A stretch of DNA of 40,181 nt from Fibrobacterota bacterium. Lineage in GTDB: Bacteria; Fibrobacterota; Fibrobacteria; UBA11236. The stretch lies in the NCBI GenBank assembly GCA_043753995.1, contig JAYUVP010000093.1:1-40181 (forward strand), given 5' to 3'. Position 1 is the stretch's first letter. Every line of letters begins with the position of its first letter. Below, piece by piece: positions 27,928 through 37,701 of the stretch. The notes under the pieces are model-generated. The model searched no databases, had not been told where the DNA came from, and worked only from the letters and a program-made list of their open reading frames with translations. The position numbers were made by a program, and so were the translations under genes.

Positions 27928-30591
27928 ATGACATATATGACTGAAAATACAGCCGGTTTCAGCGGTGGATCCGATCGCCTTTTCCGTGAATTGGTGGAAT
28001 CTTCCCAAGAGCTTTTTTTTCAAATCGACACCGAGGGACGCTATCTCTATTTGAACCCGGCCTGGGAGAAAAATTTTGGTTATCCGCTCGCCGAAATGAT
28101 TGGCCATTTCTTTTTCGACTTTCAGCCATTTGAGACGAGACAGCGTGATTTATCGCGCATGGCTGAAATCATGAATCAGCCGTCCTTCCATCAATATGAA
28201 ACCATTCTCTTACACAAGGATGGCACTCCGCGTCACATTCTCTTCAGCGGCAAACGGGTTTTTACCGATTCGGGTCGACTGCTTGGCACGCAGGGATTTG
28301 GCTATGACATCACCGAAAGAAAAAAGGCCGAAGAAGAGGTGCGCATCAGCGCCGCCCAATTGCGCGTTTTCATTACCAATGCGCCCACGGCTATTGCCAT
28401 GTTCGATTCGGGCTTGCGCTATCTGGCCTATAGCGATCGATGGCTTGAAGATTATGGCTTGGGAAAACAAAATCTGATTGGGCGTCACCATTACGATGTT
28501 TTTCCCTCGATTCGGGAAAATGAATTTTGGAAAAGCATCCATTCGCGCTGCCTGGCTGGGGAGTCCCTTAAAAAAGAGGAAGACACCTTTGTCGGCGCTG
28601 GCGGCAACCAGGAATGGCTGCGCTGGGACGTGAGGCCTTGGTTTTTGCCCTCGGGCGAAATCGGGGGTATTCTCATGCTGACGGAATCTATAACAGCGAG
28701 GCGGCAGGTTGAGCTCGAATTGCGGGCCAGCGAGGAGCGTTATCGAAACCTCGCCGACATGGGTTTTGAGTCCATCTTTATTCACGAAAATGACGTCATT
28801 GTCGATCTCAATCGCACCTTGCTTGAACTGCTCCGCTATGATTCCAAAGAGGAAATCATCGGAAAAAAAGGCCTGGAGCTCGTGGTTGCGCCGCAATCGA
28901 GAGAACTCATTCGCGAGCGCTTGAGGGCACGCACCACAGGGCCGTCCGAAGTCTGGTGCATTCGCAAAGACGGGTCCCAATTCCTGGCGGAAACCCAGGC
29001 ACGTGAAATCACCTACCAGGGCCGTCCCATGCGCCTGGTGAACATTCGAAATATTACCGCGCGAAAGCAGGCCGAGGAGGCTATTGCCGCCGAAAAAGAA
29101 AGACTAGCAGTGACCTTGCAGAGCATCGGCGACGGCGTCATCGCCACGGACACCGCTGGGTGTGTGATGATTATGAATACGGTCGCGGAAAATTTGACTG
29201 GCTGGCCGCAGCATGAGGCCATGGGCCTCCCCTTGAATCAGGTTTTTCAAATCGTGCATGAAATTTCACGCCTGCCTTGCGAAAACCCCGTCGATAAGGT
29301 TTTCGCTACCGGCGATACCATCGAGTTGGCGAATCACACCTTGCTTATTTCCCGTGACGGCACGGAGCGTGTCATTGCCGACAGCGGCGCGCCCATTCGC
29401 AGCGCCGAAGGCAAAACCCTGGGCGTCGTCCTGGTGTTTCGCGATATGACCGAAAAGCAAAAGCTCATCGTAGCGGCGCAGCGCACTCAGAAGCTGGAAT
29501 CCCTGGGGATTTTGGCGGGCGGCATTGCCCATGATTTCAATAATTTACTGAGCGGCATTTTCGGCTACATCGATATCGCCCATGCAAAATGCAAGGAGGA
29601 AACCCTTTCGGCCTATTTGGCCAAGGCCATGGCGACCATCGAACGTGCTCGTGGGTTAACCCATCAATTGCTGACCTTTGCCAAGGGTGGCGTGCCCATC
29701 CGGCAAACCCAGGCTTTGTTTCCCTTCGTCGAGGAGACGGTGAATTTCGTGCTCAGCGGATCTTCCGTCACCAGCCGATTCGAGGTGGCTCCCAATCTGA
29801 GACCCTGTGATTTCGATCGCAATCAAATCGGCCAAGTCTTCGACAATCTCGCCATCAATGCCCAGCAAGCCATGCCGAATGGAGGCGTCTTATTAGTGAG
29901 GGCGGAAAATATGCGCTTGAAGACGAATCAGGTGGACGGCTTGCCTGAAGGCGAGTACGTTCGAATTTCTTTTAGTGATACGGGTATCGGTATTCCTCCA
30001 GAGATTATTTCTCGGATTTTCGATCCCTTCTTCACCACCAAGCAAAAGGGTAGCGGCCTGGGCTTGGCGACCTGTTATTCGATTTTGAATCAGCATGACG
30101 GCAATATCGAAGTCGAATCGGAGTCTGGGAAGGGCACGGTTTTTCACGTTTACTTGCCAACGTCTCCCAATGTCCCGGCCACCGAGTCCAAGCCTGCTCT
30201 TCGGGAAGTGAAAGGCAGGGGCCGCTTCCTTCTTATGGACGACGAAGCGGTGATTCGCGAAACCCTTGGTGAAATGCTGCGCATGGTCGGCTTCGAAGTC
30301 ATAACCTTCGCCGAAGGCAAGGCGGTGATCGATTATTTGAAGCAAACACCCCAAGGTTTACAGGGAATATCTGCCATTATGCTTGATCTGACCGTGCCCG
30401 GTGGCATGGGCGGGCGCGAGGCCATGGTGGAAATACGCAAAATCAGTTCCGATATCCCCATTTTCGTCTCCAGCGGTTATGGCGACGATCCCGTGATGGC
30501 CGAGCCGGAAAAATTCGGTATCGCAGGCAGCATAGGCAAGCCCTTCCGAAGGGCCGCCCTGCTGGAGTTATTGCAAAAGCACCTAGGCTAG
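27928..30591 (+). CDS. Cytoplasmic hybrid sensor histidine kinase (4 PAS/PAC, HisKA, HATPase, REC)
   Basis: Four PAS/PAC repeats ending DITERK/SITARR/NITARK/DMTEK; LAGGIAHDFNNLL; DTGIGI, FDPFFTTK, GSGLGL; LLMDDE..LDLTVPG..GKP. Confidence 0.93.
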   Translation: MTYMTENTAGFSGGSDRLFRELVESSQELFFQIDTEGRYLYLNPAWEKNFGYPLAEMIGHFFFDFQPFETRQRDLSRMAEIMNQPSFHQYETILLHKDGTPRHILFSGKRVFTDSGRLLGTQGFGYDITERKKAEEEVRISAAQLRVFITNAPTAIAMFDSGLRYLAYSDRWLEDYGLGKQNLIGRHHYDVFPSIRENEFWKSIHSRCLAGESLKKEEDTFVGAGGNQEWLRWDVRPWFLPSGEIGGILMLTESITARRQVELELRASEERYRNLADMGFESIFIHENDVIVDLNRTLLELLRYDSKEEIIGKKGLELVVAPQSRELIRERLRARTTGPSEVWCIRKDGSQFLAETQAREITYQGRPMRLVNIRNITARKQAEEAIAAEKERLAVTLQSIGDGVIATDTAGCVMIMNTVAENLTGWPQHEAMGLPLNQVFQIVHEISRLPCENPVDKVFATGDTIELANHTLLISRDGTERVIADSGAPIRSAEGKTLGVVLVFRDMTEKQKLIVAAQRTQKLESLGILAGGIAHDFNNLLSGIFGYIDIAHAKCKEETLSAYLAKAMATIERARGLTHQLLTFAKGGVPIRQTQALFPFVEETVNFVLSGSSVTSRFEVAPNLRPCDFDRNQIGQVFDNLAINAQQAMPNGGVLLVRAENMRLKTNQVDGLPEGEYVRISFSDTGIGIPPEIISRIFDPFFTTKQKGSGLGLATCYSILNQHDGNIEVESESGKGTVFHVYLPTSPNVPATESKPALREVKGRGRFLLMDDEAVIRETLGEMLRMVGFEVITFAEGKAVIDYLKQTPQGLQGISAIMLDLTVPGGMGGREAMVEIRKISSDIPIFVSSGYGDDPVMAEPEKFGIAGSIGKPFRRAALLELLQKHLG

Positions 30592-32033
30592 CTCTTAATT
30601 TTTTTCGAACGATTGCGACGATGAGCTACCAAAAGCAGCAAGCCCACATTGAGGCCGATGAGGCCCAGCGTCGAAGGCTCGGGGACGGCATGGAAGTTTT
30701 GAGCGACATAGGCCAAGGACGCCGCATTTAAATCGGAGTCGCTGAAGCCGAAGACATAAAACTTGTTTTCGCCTGCGATGCCCGACACGAAATCATTGTC
30801 ATTCGAAATGTATAGGGTGTGATAGAGGGTGCCATTATCGGTGATGTCCTGACCGAAGGCCAGACCTTCGATCTTGGCAGGAATCTGGATATCGGGTATG
30901 CCGAAGGTTTTCAAGGCCGAGGCAATGTCGAGAAAGAGAGACTTGCTGGGTGCCTGCGCTAAAAGCGCTGCTTGACCCGACAAACCGCTGACGTCTTGAG
31001 CGCCGGCGATGTCGACGGCGAAAATCTGTTTGACCACAGCCTTGCTGCCATCTCCGAGTCCCTTGCCGTCGCGCTCCAGCACCATGAATTGATGGTCGTT
31101 CAAAGCGATGATTTCGCTGCTATTATAAGCCTTGGTCCCAATCAAATTGTCATAAGCGTATTCCTTGGTTTGGCCAGTAGCGATGTCGATGGTGACAATG
31201 CGATTCGCGCGACCCCCATCCCCGCCATCTTGAATCAAGGGGCTTTGCATAAAGCCGACCAAGGTCTTCCCATCGGGGGTGATGGCCAGGCCTTCCATGC
31301 CTTTATTGGCGACCCGCCCAGTCGTATTGCCGGAAATCTCCGCCGCGCCAAGCGAGCTCAAATGATCGACGGCGAAGTGATCCGGCAAGGTGAAAGTCTT
31401 GATGCGTTTGCCGGTGGCGCGGTCGAATTGATAAACATAAGGACCATATTCATCGCTGATGAAAACGCTTAGGCCGTCATTCGAGACGCGAATGGCTTCG
31501 GGATCGAGGCGGGCATTGTCGGAGTTGTCCGATTGGCCTGCTGCAAAGCCATCGGAACGGCCGGTGAAATAGTTCACTCCGGCGCTATTGTTTGACGGCC
31601 CACCCTCGGCTAGGCCGGCGGTGCTGCCGTAGTTCAATTCTGTATTGCTATAGAGCAAGGTGGTGCCCGTGAGCGAAGCCCCGAGGCTATAAGGCAGGCC
31701 TCCGGAGGTGCTGGCAACCAGGTTCAAGTCAAGAGTGTGAAAGCGCGAGATATAGGAGGTGGTATTGTCCACCACGCTCCCGCCGGTATATGCCGTGGCA
31801 TTGGGGCCGCGGTCGGGCACAGCTAAGAAAGTATTGCCACCTGCCCAAGCCAAACCCGAGCCGATGCCGCCTAAAATATTGGCGGCGGAGCCATTTTCCA
31901 ACGTGCCCGTCAATCCAGATAAATCGGAACTACCGCTAATGGTTCCAATGGCAAGCAGGGTCGGGGCCGCTTGGGCTGCGCCCAAGGCGAATAGGCATGC
32001 CGGAAAAAATCCGGGGGAGTATTTGCAAAGCAT
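30588..32033 (-). CDS. Esterase-like activity of phytase family protein with PEP-CTERM sorting signal
   Basis: DRGPN, LDPEAI, ISDEYGPY, NKGMEGLA, VLERDG, KIEGLAFG, NDNDF; C-terminus VPEPSTLGL-TM-RRNRSKK; GGAG RBS before ATG 32033. Confidence 0.88.
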   Translation of the reverse strand: MLCKYSPGFFPACLFALGAAQAAPTLLAIGTISGSSDLSGLTGTLENGSAANILGGIGSGLAWAGGNTFLAVPDRGPNATAYTGGSVVDNTTSYISRFHTLDLNLVASTSGGLPYSLGASLTGTTLLYSNTELNYGSTAGLAEGGPSNNSAGVNYFTGRSDGFAAGQSDNSDNARLDPEAIRVSNDGLSVFISDEYGPYVYQFDRATGKRIKTFTLPDHFAVDHLSSLGAAEISGNTTGRVANKGMEGLAITPDGKTLVGFMQSPLIQDGGDGGRANRIVTIDIATGQTKEYAYDNLIGTKAYNSSEIIALNDHQFMVLERDGKGLGDGSKAVVKQIFAVDIAGAQDVSGLSGQAALLAQAPSKSLFLDIASALKTFGIPDIQIPAKIEGLAFGQDITDNGTLYHTLYISNDNDFVSGIAGENKFYVFGFSDSDLNAASLAYVAQNFHAVPEPSTLGLIGLNVGLLLLVAHRRNRSKKIKS

Positions 32034-32210
32034 GGTTGTTTCTCCGAATCGAGCAACCCCGGGGCAGAAATGCCGATGAGAGGCCCATTTTTCGAGCAAC
32101 CTAGCCCCAGATTATTGCAATCCTATTGAGGCGGTATTTCAGATCCGATCTGCCCCAGGGTATTTCCTTTTCAGCCGGCCGAATGGGCTCCAAAACGCTA
32201 ATACCCTAAG

Positions 32211-32822
32211 CTATTCCGGTTGGAGCGGAGTCAATTCGGAAATACCTTCCAAAAATTCGGGTTTGAGATAGCGCACCTTGTCGCCCAATTCCAAAACCTC
32301 GGCTTGCAAACGTGGCCAAGCCAAAAGGCGTACGATTTCAGGCAAGGATTTTTTCAAAAGCCGATAAAGTGGCCTATGCATTTCGGCGACCAAATCGGCT
32401 TGAATTTCTGGCATGGAAACGAGATAGAGCGCGCCCTTCCACTTGGGAAAAAGCGCCAATAAATCGCCGAAGTTACGCGGACCGGATTGAAGACCATCGC
32501 CGGTTTCAATGGCGAAGGCGGCCACCGGCTCATGCCCATTCATCCAGACGACATCGCATTGGCGCAGGCAGGCAGCTAAGGCTTCATCGCCGAAATCGGC
32601 ATCGCTAGCGGAATTTCCGTCTTCTTCGGAAAGTCTGAGGGAAGTCATGCCCAGATTTTCACCCAAACCCCGAAGCAGAATGCGGGCGGCATGGCGATCG
32701 AGCTCGGGCTCCTGGCCTACTAGGGCTGGGTCAAGTCGAGCGGGTGCTGGCAAGGTGACGGCACCCAGCCGTGAAGAGCGAAGAAAGGCGGGCAGTTGGG
32801 TCTTGGGGGCCTGGGCAATCAT
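32211..32822 (-). CDS. Hypothetical protein with degenerate PD-(D/E)xK restriction-endonuclease-like domain
   Basis: CDVVW...AAFAIE....SG..NFGDLLALFP...LYLV...RP resembles the IDVLW..AAFEVE..SGLLR..DL.AL.P family; AGGA RBS before ATG 32822. Confidence 0.55.
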   Translation of the reverse strand: MIAQAPKTQLPAFLRSSRLGAVTLPAPARLDPALVGQEPELDRHAARILLRGLGENLGMTSLRLSEEDGNSASDADFGDEALAACLRQCDVVWMNGHEPVAAFAIETGDGLQSGPRNFGDLLALFPKWKGALYLVSMPEIQADLVAEMHRPLYRLLKKSLPEIVRLLAWPRLQAEVLELGDKVRYLKPEFLEGISELTPLQPE

Positions 32823-32854
32823 GGGCTTTCCTTTCAAGGAAGGAGGAAAGCCAT

Positions 32855-32883
32855 AATATACTGCACAAGTGAGCAGTATTCAA
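32855..32883 (-). promoter_or_regulatory. Sigma70 promoter with Fibrobacter-type LexA (SOS) box in the spacer
   Basis: Minus strand TTGAAT (32883-32878), 17 nt, TATATT (32860-32855). The spacer holds TGCTC-ACTT-GTGCA (32875-32862), matching TGCNC-N4-GTGCA, within a longer palindrome 32858-32879. Confidence 0.7.
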
Positions 32884-32904
32884 GAGCGAGGTGCTCCGGA
32901 ACTC

Positions 32905-34644
32905 TTAATCCATGGAACCATAGTCGCGGCGCCAATTCGCCACGGGTTTGCCTAAGCTGGGTTTCATCTTGATATTGGTGACAATGCGACTACTCGAATT
33001 CATCATTTGTCTTTCGCATTGGAAAAAATCAAAGTTATAAGTCTTACCGTATTCTAAAGTCAAATTATCGAGCACAAGTATGGAATTGGACGCGGGATGA
33101 ACTCCTCCCATATCGATGACGAGCTTGTTGTCGATATAGACCCAGGCATCGTCGTCACCGGTGAATTCAAAAATCAAACCACTTTGATGAGTGAAAGTCG
33201 TATGCATTTCCATACAGAAACCATAATTATGTGCTGAAAAAGCAGGATCCCTGCCGAAACCATCCAAGGGGAAAAATTCGGAAGTATCGCCACGAAAACT
33301 CGTCACGGCATTACCAGTATTGTAATTACCCATTTGGCTGAAGACATAGGCGTTCTTGCCTTGACTGGCATTGAGGGTAAAGGTTAGGGAATCGTAGCGC
33401 TTCACATTGAGCCATGAATTCCCCACCGCATTGAATGTGGTATTGCTGCAATTATCCCCAGGGCCATAGCGATAGACGTTTTTTGTCACCACCCAGTCCT
33501 TAAACCACATATTGAGGCCGCAGGACCGGTTATTGAAATAGGTGCCGGTGCGTGTTGGCTTACCGATATATTTCCGTCCAAAATAGCCGGCATCGGTGGT
33601 GGTGGAATCGGTAAGGGTTGGCTTCACCATGCCCTGGAAAACCCCGAGGTCCACGGGCCGATTGAATTCAGGATTGCTGCCGCCGGAGAGATAGTCATAA
33701 TAGATGACCCTCAAGCTCAACTGCTTGGGAGGGGCGGAAGCCTTGGCCATGAGAGAAATATTTTGATTCAAAGGAGTGCGAAACACCGTGTCCTTGCTAT
33801 TGCCAATCTTGGTGGTGATGGCCTCGACATTGATATTGAACATATCCGCCCCATTGCCCAGAACCCGATAGCGTACCGGCAGTCCGCCCACATTGAAAAC
33901 GCTGTCCCAATCCAGATCGCTGGTGTATTCGCTCAGATACCGTCCCGTGATGGGCCTTTCGCTGAATAGGTTTGGGCCATCCCAACCCATTTGGCCGGTC
34001 GCGAAACCATTGCCTTGCTTCTGGAAGAATTCGAAATAGTATCGCTTCCCTGCGACCAAGGCCTGTGGTGCCGAAACGCCCGATCCGCTGGTCGGCCAAT
34101 CGTAGACCCAGGTCGGCTGATAGCATACCAGCGTCAGGTTTTTGGACGTGGTATCCGAGCTTAAATGGAATTCTGAGGCATCGTCCGATCGTGCGAAAAA
34201 AGTGTAATTGCCTGTAAAGGGAGGTATGAGATAGCCGAACCACTTGGTGCCATAATTATCGGCAATCACCTGTTTGCCCAAATAGTTTGAGGTAACCTTG
34301 AGATCTGGATTGGGCTTTATTTTCATGATGTCCGTGATTTGCTTGACTTCATTACCGGCGAGTCCAATCCAAACATGTCCGTTAATCTTCCCATTGCGCG
34401 TCATATCGATGTATTTGGCGCCATTGCCATTGATGATTTCCTGGGTGAGCAAGGTGACCATGCCATCGGCGGCGAGAAAGTTCTGAAGCTTGTTCTTGTA
34501 ATTCGAAGCCGACATTTTTCCGGTTTTCGAGTTAAAAAGAATCCCCAGGGAAATGGCCGTCACCCCCATGATGAGGATAATGGTGAAGGCAAGCACATAG
34601 CCTTTTTGCTGTTTGAATGAAGCAGAGTAAAATGTTTTCATCAT
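32905..34644 (-). CDS. PilX-like minor pilin fused to PA14 and fibro-slime domains (cassette 2)
   Basis: QQKG|YVLAF hydrophobic helix lacking E5, NFLAADG; PA14 (WFGYLIPPFTGNYTFFARSDDASEF..GKRYYFEF); fibro-slime (FFPLD, NYGFCMEMH, GDDDAWVYIDNKLVIDMGGVH, FFQCER). Confidence 0.85.
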   Translation of the reverse strand: MMKTFYSASFKQQKGYVLAFTIILIMGVTAISLGILFNSKTGKMSASNYKNKLQNFLAADGMVTLLTQEIINGNGAKYIDMTRNGKINGHVWIGLAGNEVKQITDIMKIKPNPDLKVTSNYLGKQVIADNYGTKWFGYLIPPFTGNYTFFARSDDASEFHLSSDTTSKNLTLVCYQPTWVYDWPTSGSGVSAPQALVAGKRYYFEFFQKQGNGFATGQMGWDGPNLFSERPITGRYLSEYTSDLDWDSVFNVGGLPVRYRVLGNGADMFNINVEAITTKIGNSKDTVFRTPLNQNISLMAKASAPPKQLSLRVIYYDYLSGGSNPEFNRPVDLGVFQGMVKPTLTDSTTTDAGYFGRKYIGKPTRTGTYFNNRSCGLNMWFKDWVVTKNVYRYGPGDNCSNTTFNAVGNSWLNVKRYDSLTFTLNASQGKNAYVFSQMGNYNTGNAVTSFRGDTSEFFPLDGFGRDPAFSAHNYGFCMEMHTTFTHQSGLIFEFTGDDDAWVYIDNKLVIDMGGVHPASNSILVLDNLTLEYGKTYNFDFFQCERQMMNSSSRIVTNIKMKPSLGKPVANWRRDYGSMD

Positions 34645-34654
34645 GACCTCGAAT

Positions 34655-35476
34655 TCAAACTTTATTCCGTAATATCACATTCATCGGCAGGGTTATTTTG
34701 CGATATCCCGGCGGCTTAAGATGACGATCGATTTTTGAGGTTCTAGCGCGCACCGATACGCTCACCGAGCGCATGGTTTTCCAAATCGTGGTGGCGCTGC
34801 CGCTACTGTTTCTGAATGTGAAGCCGAGCGAGTCGATGTTCTCCGCCAGTACCATTTGGCTCGCCAAGCTGCCATTCGGACGAACCACCAGGCTGTCCCC
34901 TGTAAGGAGATAGTGGTCTTCGCGATAACCGTAAACCAAATCGCCGACGCCGAGATCGACATTGGCGGTGAGGCGCAGGCTATCATAGCCGGCGGCATTG
35001 TTCTTAAGGCCTTTGATAAAACTGGAATCGTTGAAATTCGTATCAATTTGGAATTTCAACGTCGTCGCGCCGCTCGCATATTTCACCAAGACATGGGTCG
35101 GCGTCAGCATGGGGCTTGTTGAGCTTTTAAATCGAGACGCATCATCGACTCGGATATATTTCATCGAAGCAGGATTATTTCCCACGAATTGTTCCACTCC
35201 CGTAGGATTGCTGCCTACCTTCAGTATGCCACTTGAGTAGGTCAAAGTCGTCCAGCCGGTATCGGGTAATCCTGCGCCGACCTGCTGCATGACTTCAACC
35301 AATTTGCTGACCGTGAAATTCGCGTTTTGATTTCTTTCTTCGATTTGTTCTTGCATGCTATAGGCATGAAAAGAATCCCGATAAAAGCGATGGGCGATGA
35401 GCCCCACGCCAAGGCTCAAGGCAATGGCGATGCTGACTTCAAGCAAGGTGAAGCCGGCTCTCCCCCTTTTATTCAT
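34655..35476 (-). CDS. PilW-like minor pilin (cassette 2)
   Basis: RAG|FTLLEV prepilin motif; LAENIDSLGF; C-terminus LRNKV. Alternative ATG 35500. Confidence 0.85.
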   Translation of the reverse strand: MNKRGRAGFTLLEVSIAIALSLGVGLIAHRFYRDSFHAYSMQEQIEERNQNANFTVSKLVEVMQQVGAGLPDTGWTTLTYSSGILKVGSNPTGVEQFVGNNPASMKYIRVDDASRFKSSTSPMLTPTHVLVKYASGATTLKFQIDTNFNDSSFIKGLKNNAAGYDSLRLTANVDLGVGDLVYGYREDHYLLTGDSLVVRPNGSLASQMVLAENIDSLGFTFRNSSGSATTIWKTMRSVSVSVRARTSKIDRHLKPPGYRKITLPMNVILRNKV

Positions 35477-35480
35477 TGGG

Positions 35481-35876
35481 TTAAAATCGTTTGGACACAT
35501 AGGTGGTGACCAACAAGGAGTCTTTGCGGGGAGTTGTCCATTTGGCTTTAATGTCTACCCGCTTGACATCGGCCACTATGGCGCCGTCCTGGGGAGAAAG
35601 AGCATTGGCAACCGTGACCACCAAGTCGATATTGTCGGGGGCGGGACCATAAATGGTTTGGCCAAGCGGCGGAAATTTTGCGGAGTCCTTGGCAATGGCG
35701 ATGCGTGTGTCTTCCAAGTATTTTTCAATCATTTTACCCGCAATGAGAATGCGCGAATTCGTGGCACTATTGCCTCTGGATCCGCCTTGAACCTTCATGA
35801 AGAGGGCAATACCCACGCCGACGATAATGATGGCTGCGGCGACCTCAATCAAGGTTCCGCCATTTTGCTTTTTCAT
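35481..35876 (-). CDS. PilV-like minor pilin (cassette 2)
   Basis: QNG|GTLIEV plus hydrophobic helix; VKRVDIKAKW; ends TYVSKRF. Confidence 0.82.
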   Translation of the reverse strand: MKKQNGGTLIEVAAAIIIVGVGIALFMKVQGGSRGNSATNSRILIAGKMIEKYLEDTRIAIAKDSAKFPPLGQTIYGPAPDNIDLVVTVANALSPQDGAIVADVKRVDIKAKWTTPRKDSLLVTTYVSKRF

Positions 35877-36412
35877 TTCATCACCACCTTTACTCTACCG
35901 GTGCTGGCCAATACATCGAGTGTCGATTGGATGCTTTTCAAAGTCAGAACCACTTGAAGGCTGGCATTGGCCGAACCGTCGCCACGAAAGACAATGACGC
36001 TGGGATAGGGAGAGAGTATCGCGGCCGACAGCTTCTCTTTTTTTTTGAGGACATAAGGCTTGGAATAAAGCGAGTCGACGCCTTTATCATAAACATTGTT
36101 ATTGGGGACTTTATCAAAAAAAGCGATCACCGAATCGTCGAGAGTTGAGCTCGCCGCATGCAGTTTAAAAACGACGCCACAATGCCGTGCCGGATTGGCA
36201 ATGGCGCGTGAACGCGCCATGAGCAAATAATGCTTGAGACCGTCACCCGCCTTTTTGGCGTTGAGTCGCTGCATCCATGCATTTAAGGGTTTGACCGTTA
36301 ATGCGGCGAGAAAGCCAATAATGACGACGGCAATGAAAATCTCTGCCGCGGTAAAGCCGCCTTCTCTTTGCCGTTTTGACCGGCCCTTTCGCTTTCCCAA
36401 AAGTCTCCACAC
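35873..36412 (-). CDS. FimT/FimU (GspH-like) minor pilin (cassette 2)
   Basis: REGG|FTAAEI; ARSRAI; IVFRGDGSA; STGRVKV. Confidence 0.82.
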   Translation of the reverse strand: MWRLLGKRKGRSKRQREGGFTAAEIFIAVVIIGFLAALTVKPLNAWMQRLNAKKAGDGLKHYLLMARSRAIANPARHCGVVFKLHAASSTLDDSVIAFFDKVPNNNVYDKGVDSLYSKPYVLKKKEKLSAAILSPYPSVIVFRGDGSANASLQVVLTLKSIQSTLDVLASTGRVKVVMK

Positions 36413-36533
36413 AAGCCTATTCTACTATCTGCCCTAGAGTTAGAGCCAGAAACAAAGGACTTAGCAAATAGGAAAAGCGCCCCTTTTTGCCCCTGAAAAG
36501 GTCGGGGCTTAGTGGAGTTTGGGGCGTTGCGCC

Positions 36534-37328
36534 CTAAAAACGGTTTCGTAGGCGCAATTTCAGGGAATGGGATGCTCGCCGGTACCCGCTATCAGGTAAA
36601 CCGGGTTGCGCCAAAGCAGTACGAGCCATGACCTGCAAGGTTACCGATCGAATGGCTGTCCAGGAGTTAGTCGACTTACCATCGCGGTCTAAAGTCCCAA
36701 TTTGGATGCTGTCAATGCCTTCGGCGAGGACTTCAGAGCCGAGGAGGAGATTGCCTTTATTTAGCCGATAGATTTCCTCGTCAAAGGAATAAATCATGTC
36801 TCCCATCGCAAAAGATTTAGCCTTAGTTAATAGCAAGGTGTCAGGACTATTCGGCATGTCTTTGAGACCCCTCTTATAGTCCTGCTCATTAAAGGTCGTA
36901 TCAATGGAGAGTATTTCCGGGGTTTTGGTTTTGTTCGCATAAACGAGCAATAATTTCGACGATCCCGAAAAAGCCTTGGATTCGTCGACAGGTAGGCGCG
37001 TGACAAGGGTGCGGGTCGTGTCGCATTGTTGAATGCCTCCGAGGGGATTAATCGAGAGCTTGATGACGGTATCCTTTTGGCCTAAAGAGCTGATGACGGT
37101 CCATGTGGAATCCGGCAAATAGGTCCCTGCTTCCATCAGTCGATCGCCGAGGCGCTTGGCAACATAAAGCAAGGTTTGGTTGCGGTCTGCCAATTGTTCT
37201 TGCAAGTCAAAAGAACGATGCGAATCGCGAAATAGGCGTACCAAGGAGCCCAGCAAAATGCCGGAAATCACCAAGCCAATGGTGACTTCAATGAGGGTTA
37301 GGCCGCGCTCAGAATTTCTTGGAGACAT
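36534..37328 (-). CDS. PilW-like minor pilin (cassette 1)
   Basis: ERG|LTLIEV; LAEGIDSIQI; ends LRNRF. ATG 37328 lies inside the pilV-like 3' end. Confidence 0.85.
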   Translation of the reverse strand: MSPRNSERGLTLIEVTIGLVISGILLGSLVRLFRDSHRSFDLQEQLADRNQTLLYVAKRLGDRLMEAGTYLPDSTWTVISSLGQKDTVIKLSINPLGGIQQCDTTRTLVTRLPVDESKAFSGSSKLLLVYANKTKTPEILSIDTTFNEQDYKRGLKDMPNSPDTLLLTKAKSFAMGDMIYSFDEEIYRLNKGNLLLGSEVLAEGIDSIQIGTLDRDGKSTNSWTAIRSVTLQVMARTALAQPGLPDSGYRRASHSLKLRLRNRF

Positions 37329-37701
37329 AGGTGGAGATGATGACGGAGTCGAGTGCCGTCTTGCCCCAGGACACCACGATGTCGACCTTGGCCACATTGT
37401 CCAAGGTTTTGCCGTCTTTGGGGGATGAGGCCTTTGAAATCTTTCGTGAGAATTTCAGATCACTGACGATATAGCTGGTGTCCTTAGGTGGCCATTTGCT
37501 GGAGGCCGTGTCTTGCCCGATGGCGACACGCATGGCTTCGATGTCGCTCTCGATGGCTTGTCCCGCCTTGAGCAGATTGGAATTGGTGCGGCTTTGGCCC
37601 CAGGACGCTCCCTGCATTCGGGACCAAACCATTAGACCCAAGCCGACCATGACCACGGCCAAAAGGGTTTCCAATAGGGACCAGCCGCGCTGAGAATTCA
37701 T
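37309..37701 (-). CDS. PilV-like minor pilin (cassette 1)
   Basis: QRG|WSLLET; VAKVDIVVSW; ends TYVSKKF. Confidence 0.85.
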   Translation of the reverse strand: MNSQRGWSLLETLLAVVMVGLGLMVWSRMQGASWGQSRTNSNLLKAGQAIESDIEAMRVAIGQDTASSKWPPKDTSYIVSDLKFSRKISKASSPKDGKTLDNVAKVDIVVSWGKTALDSVIISTYVSKKF

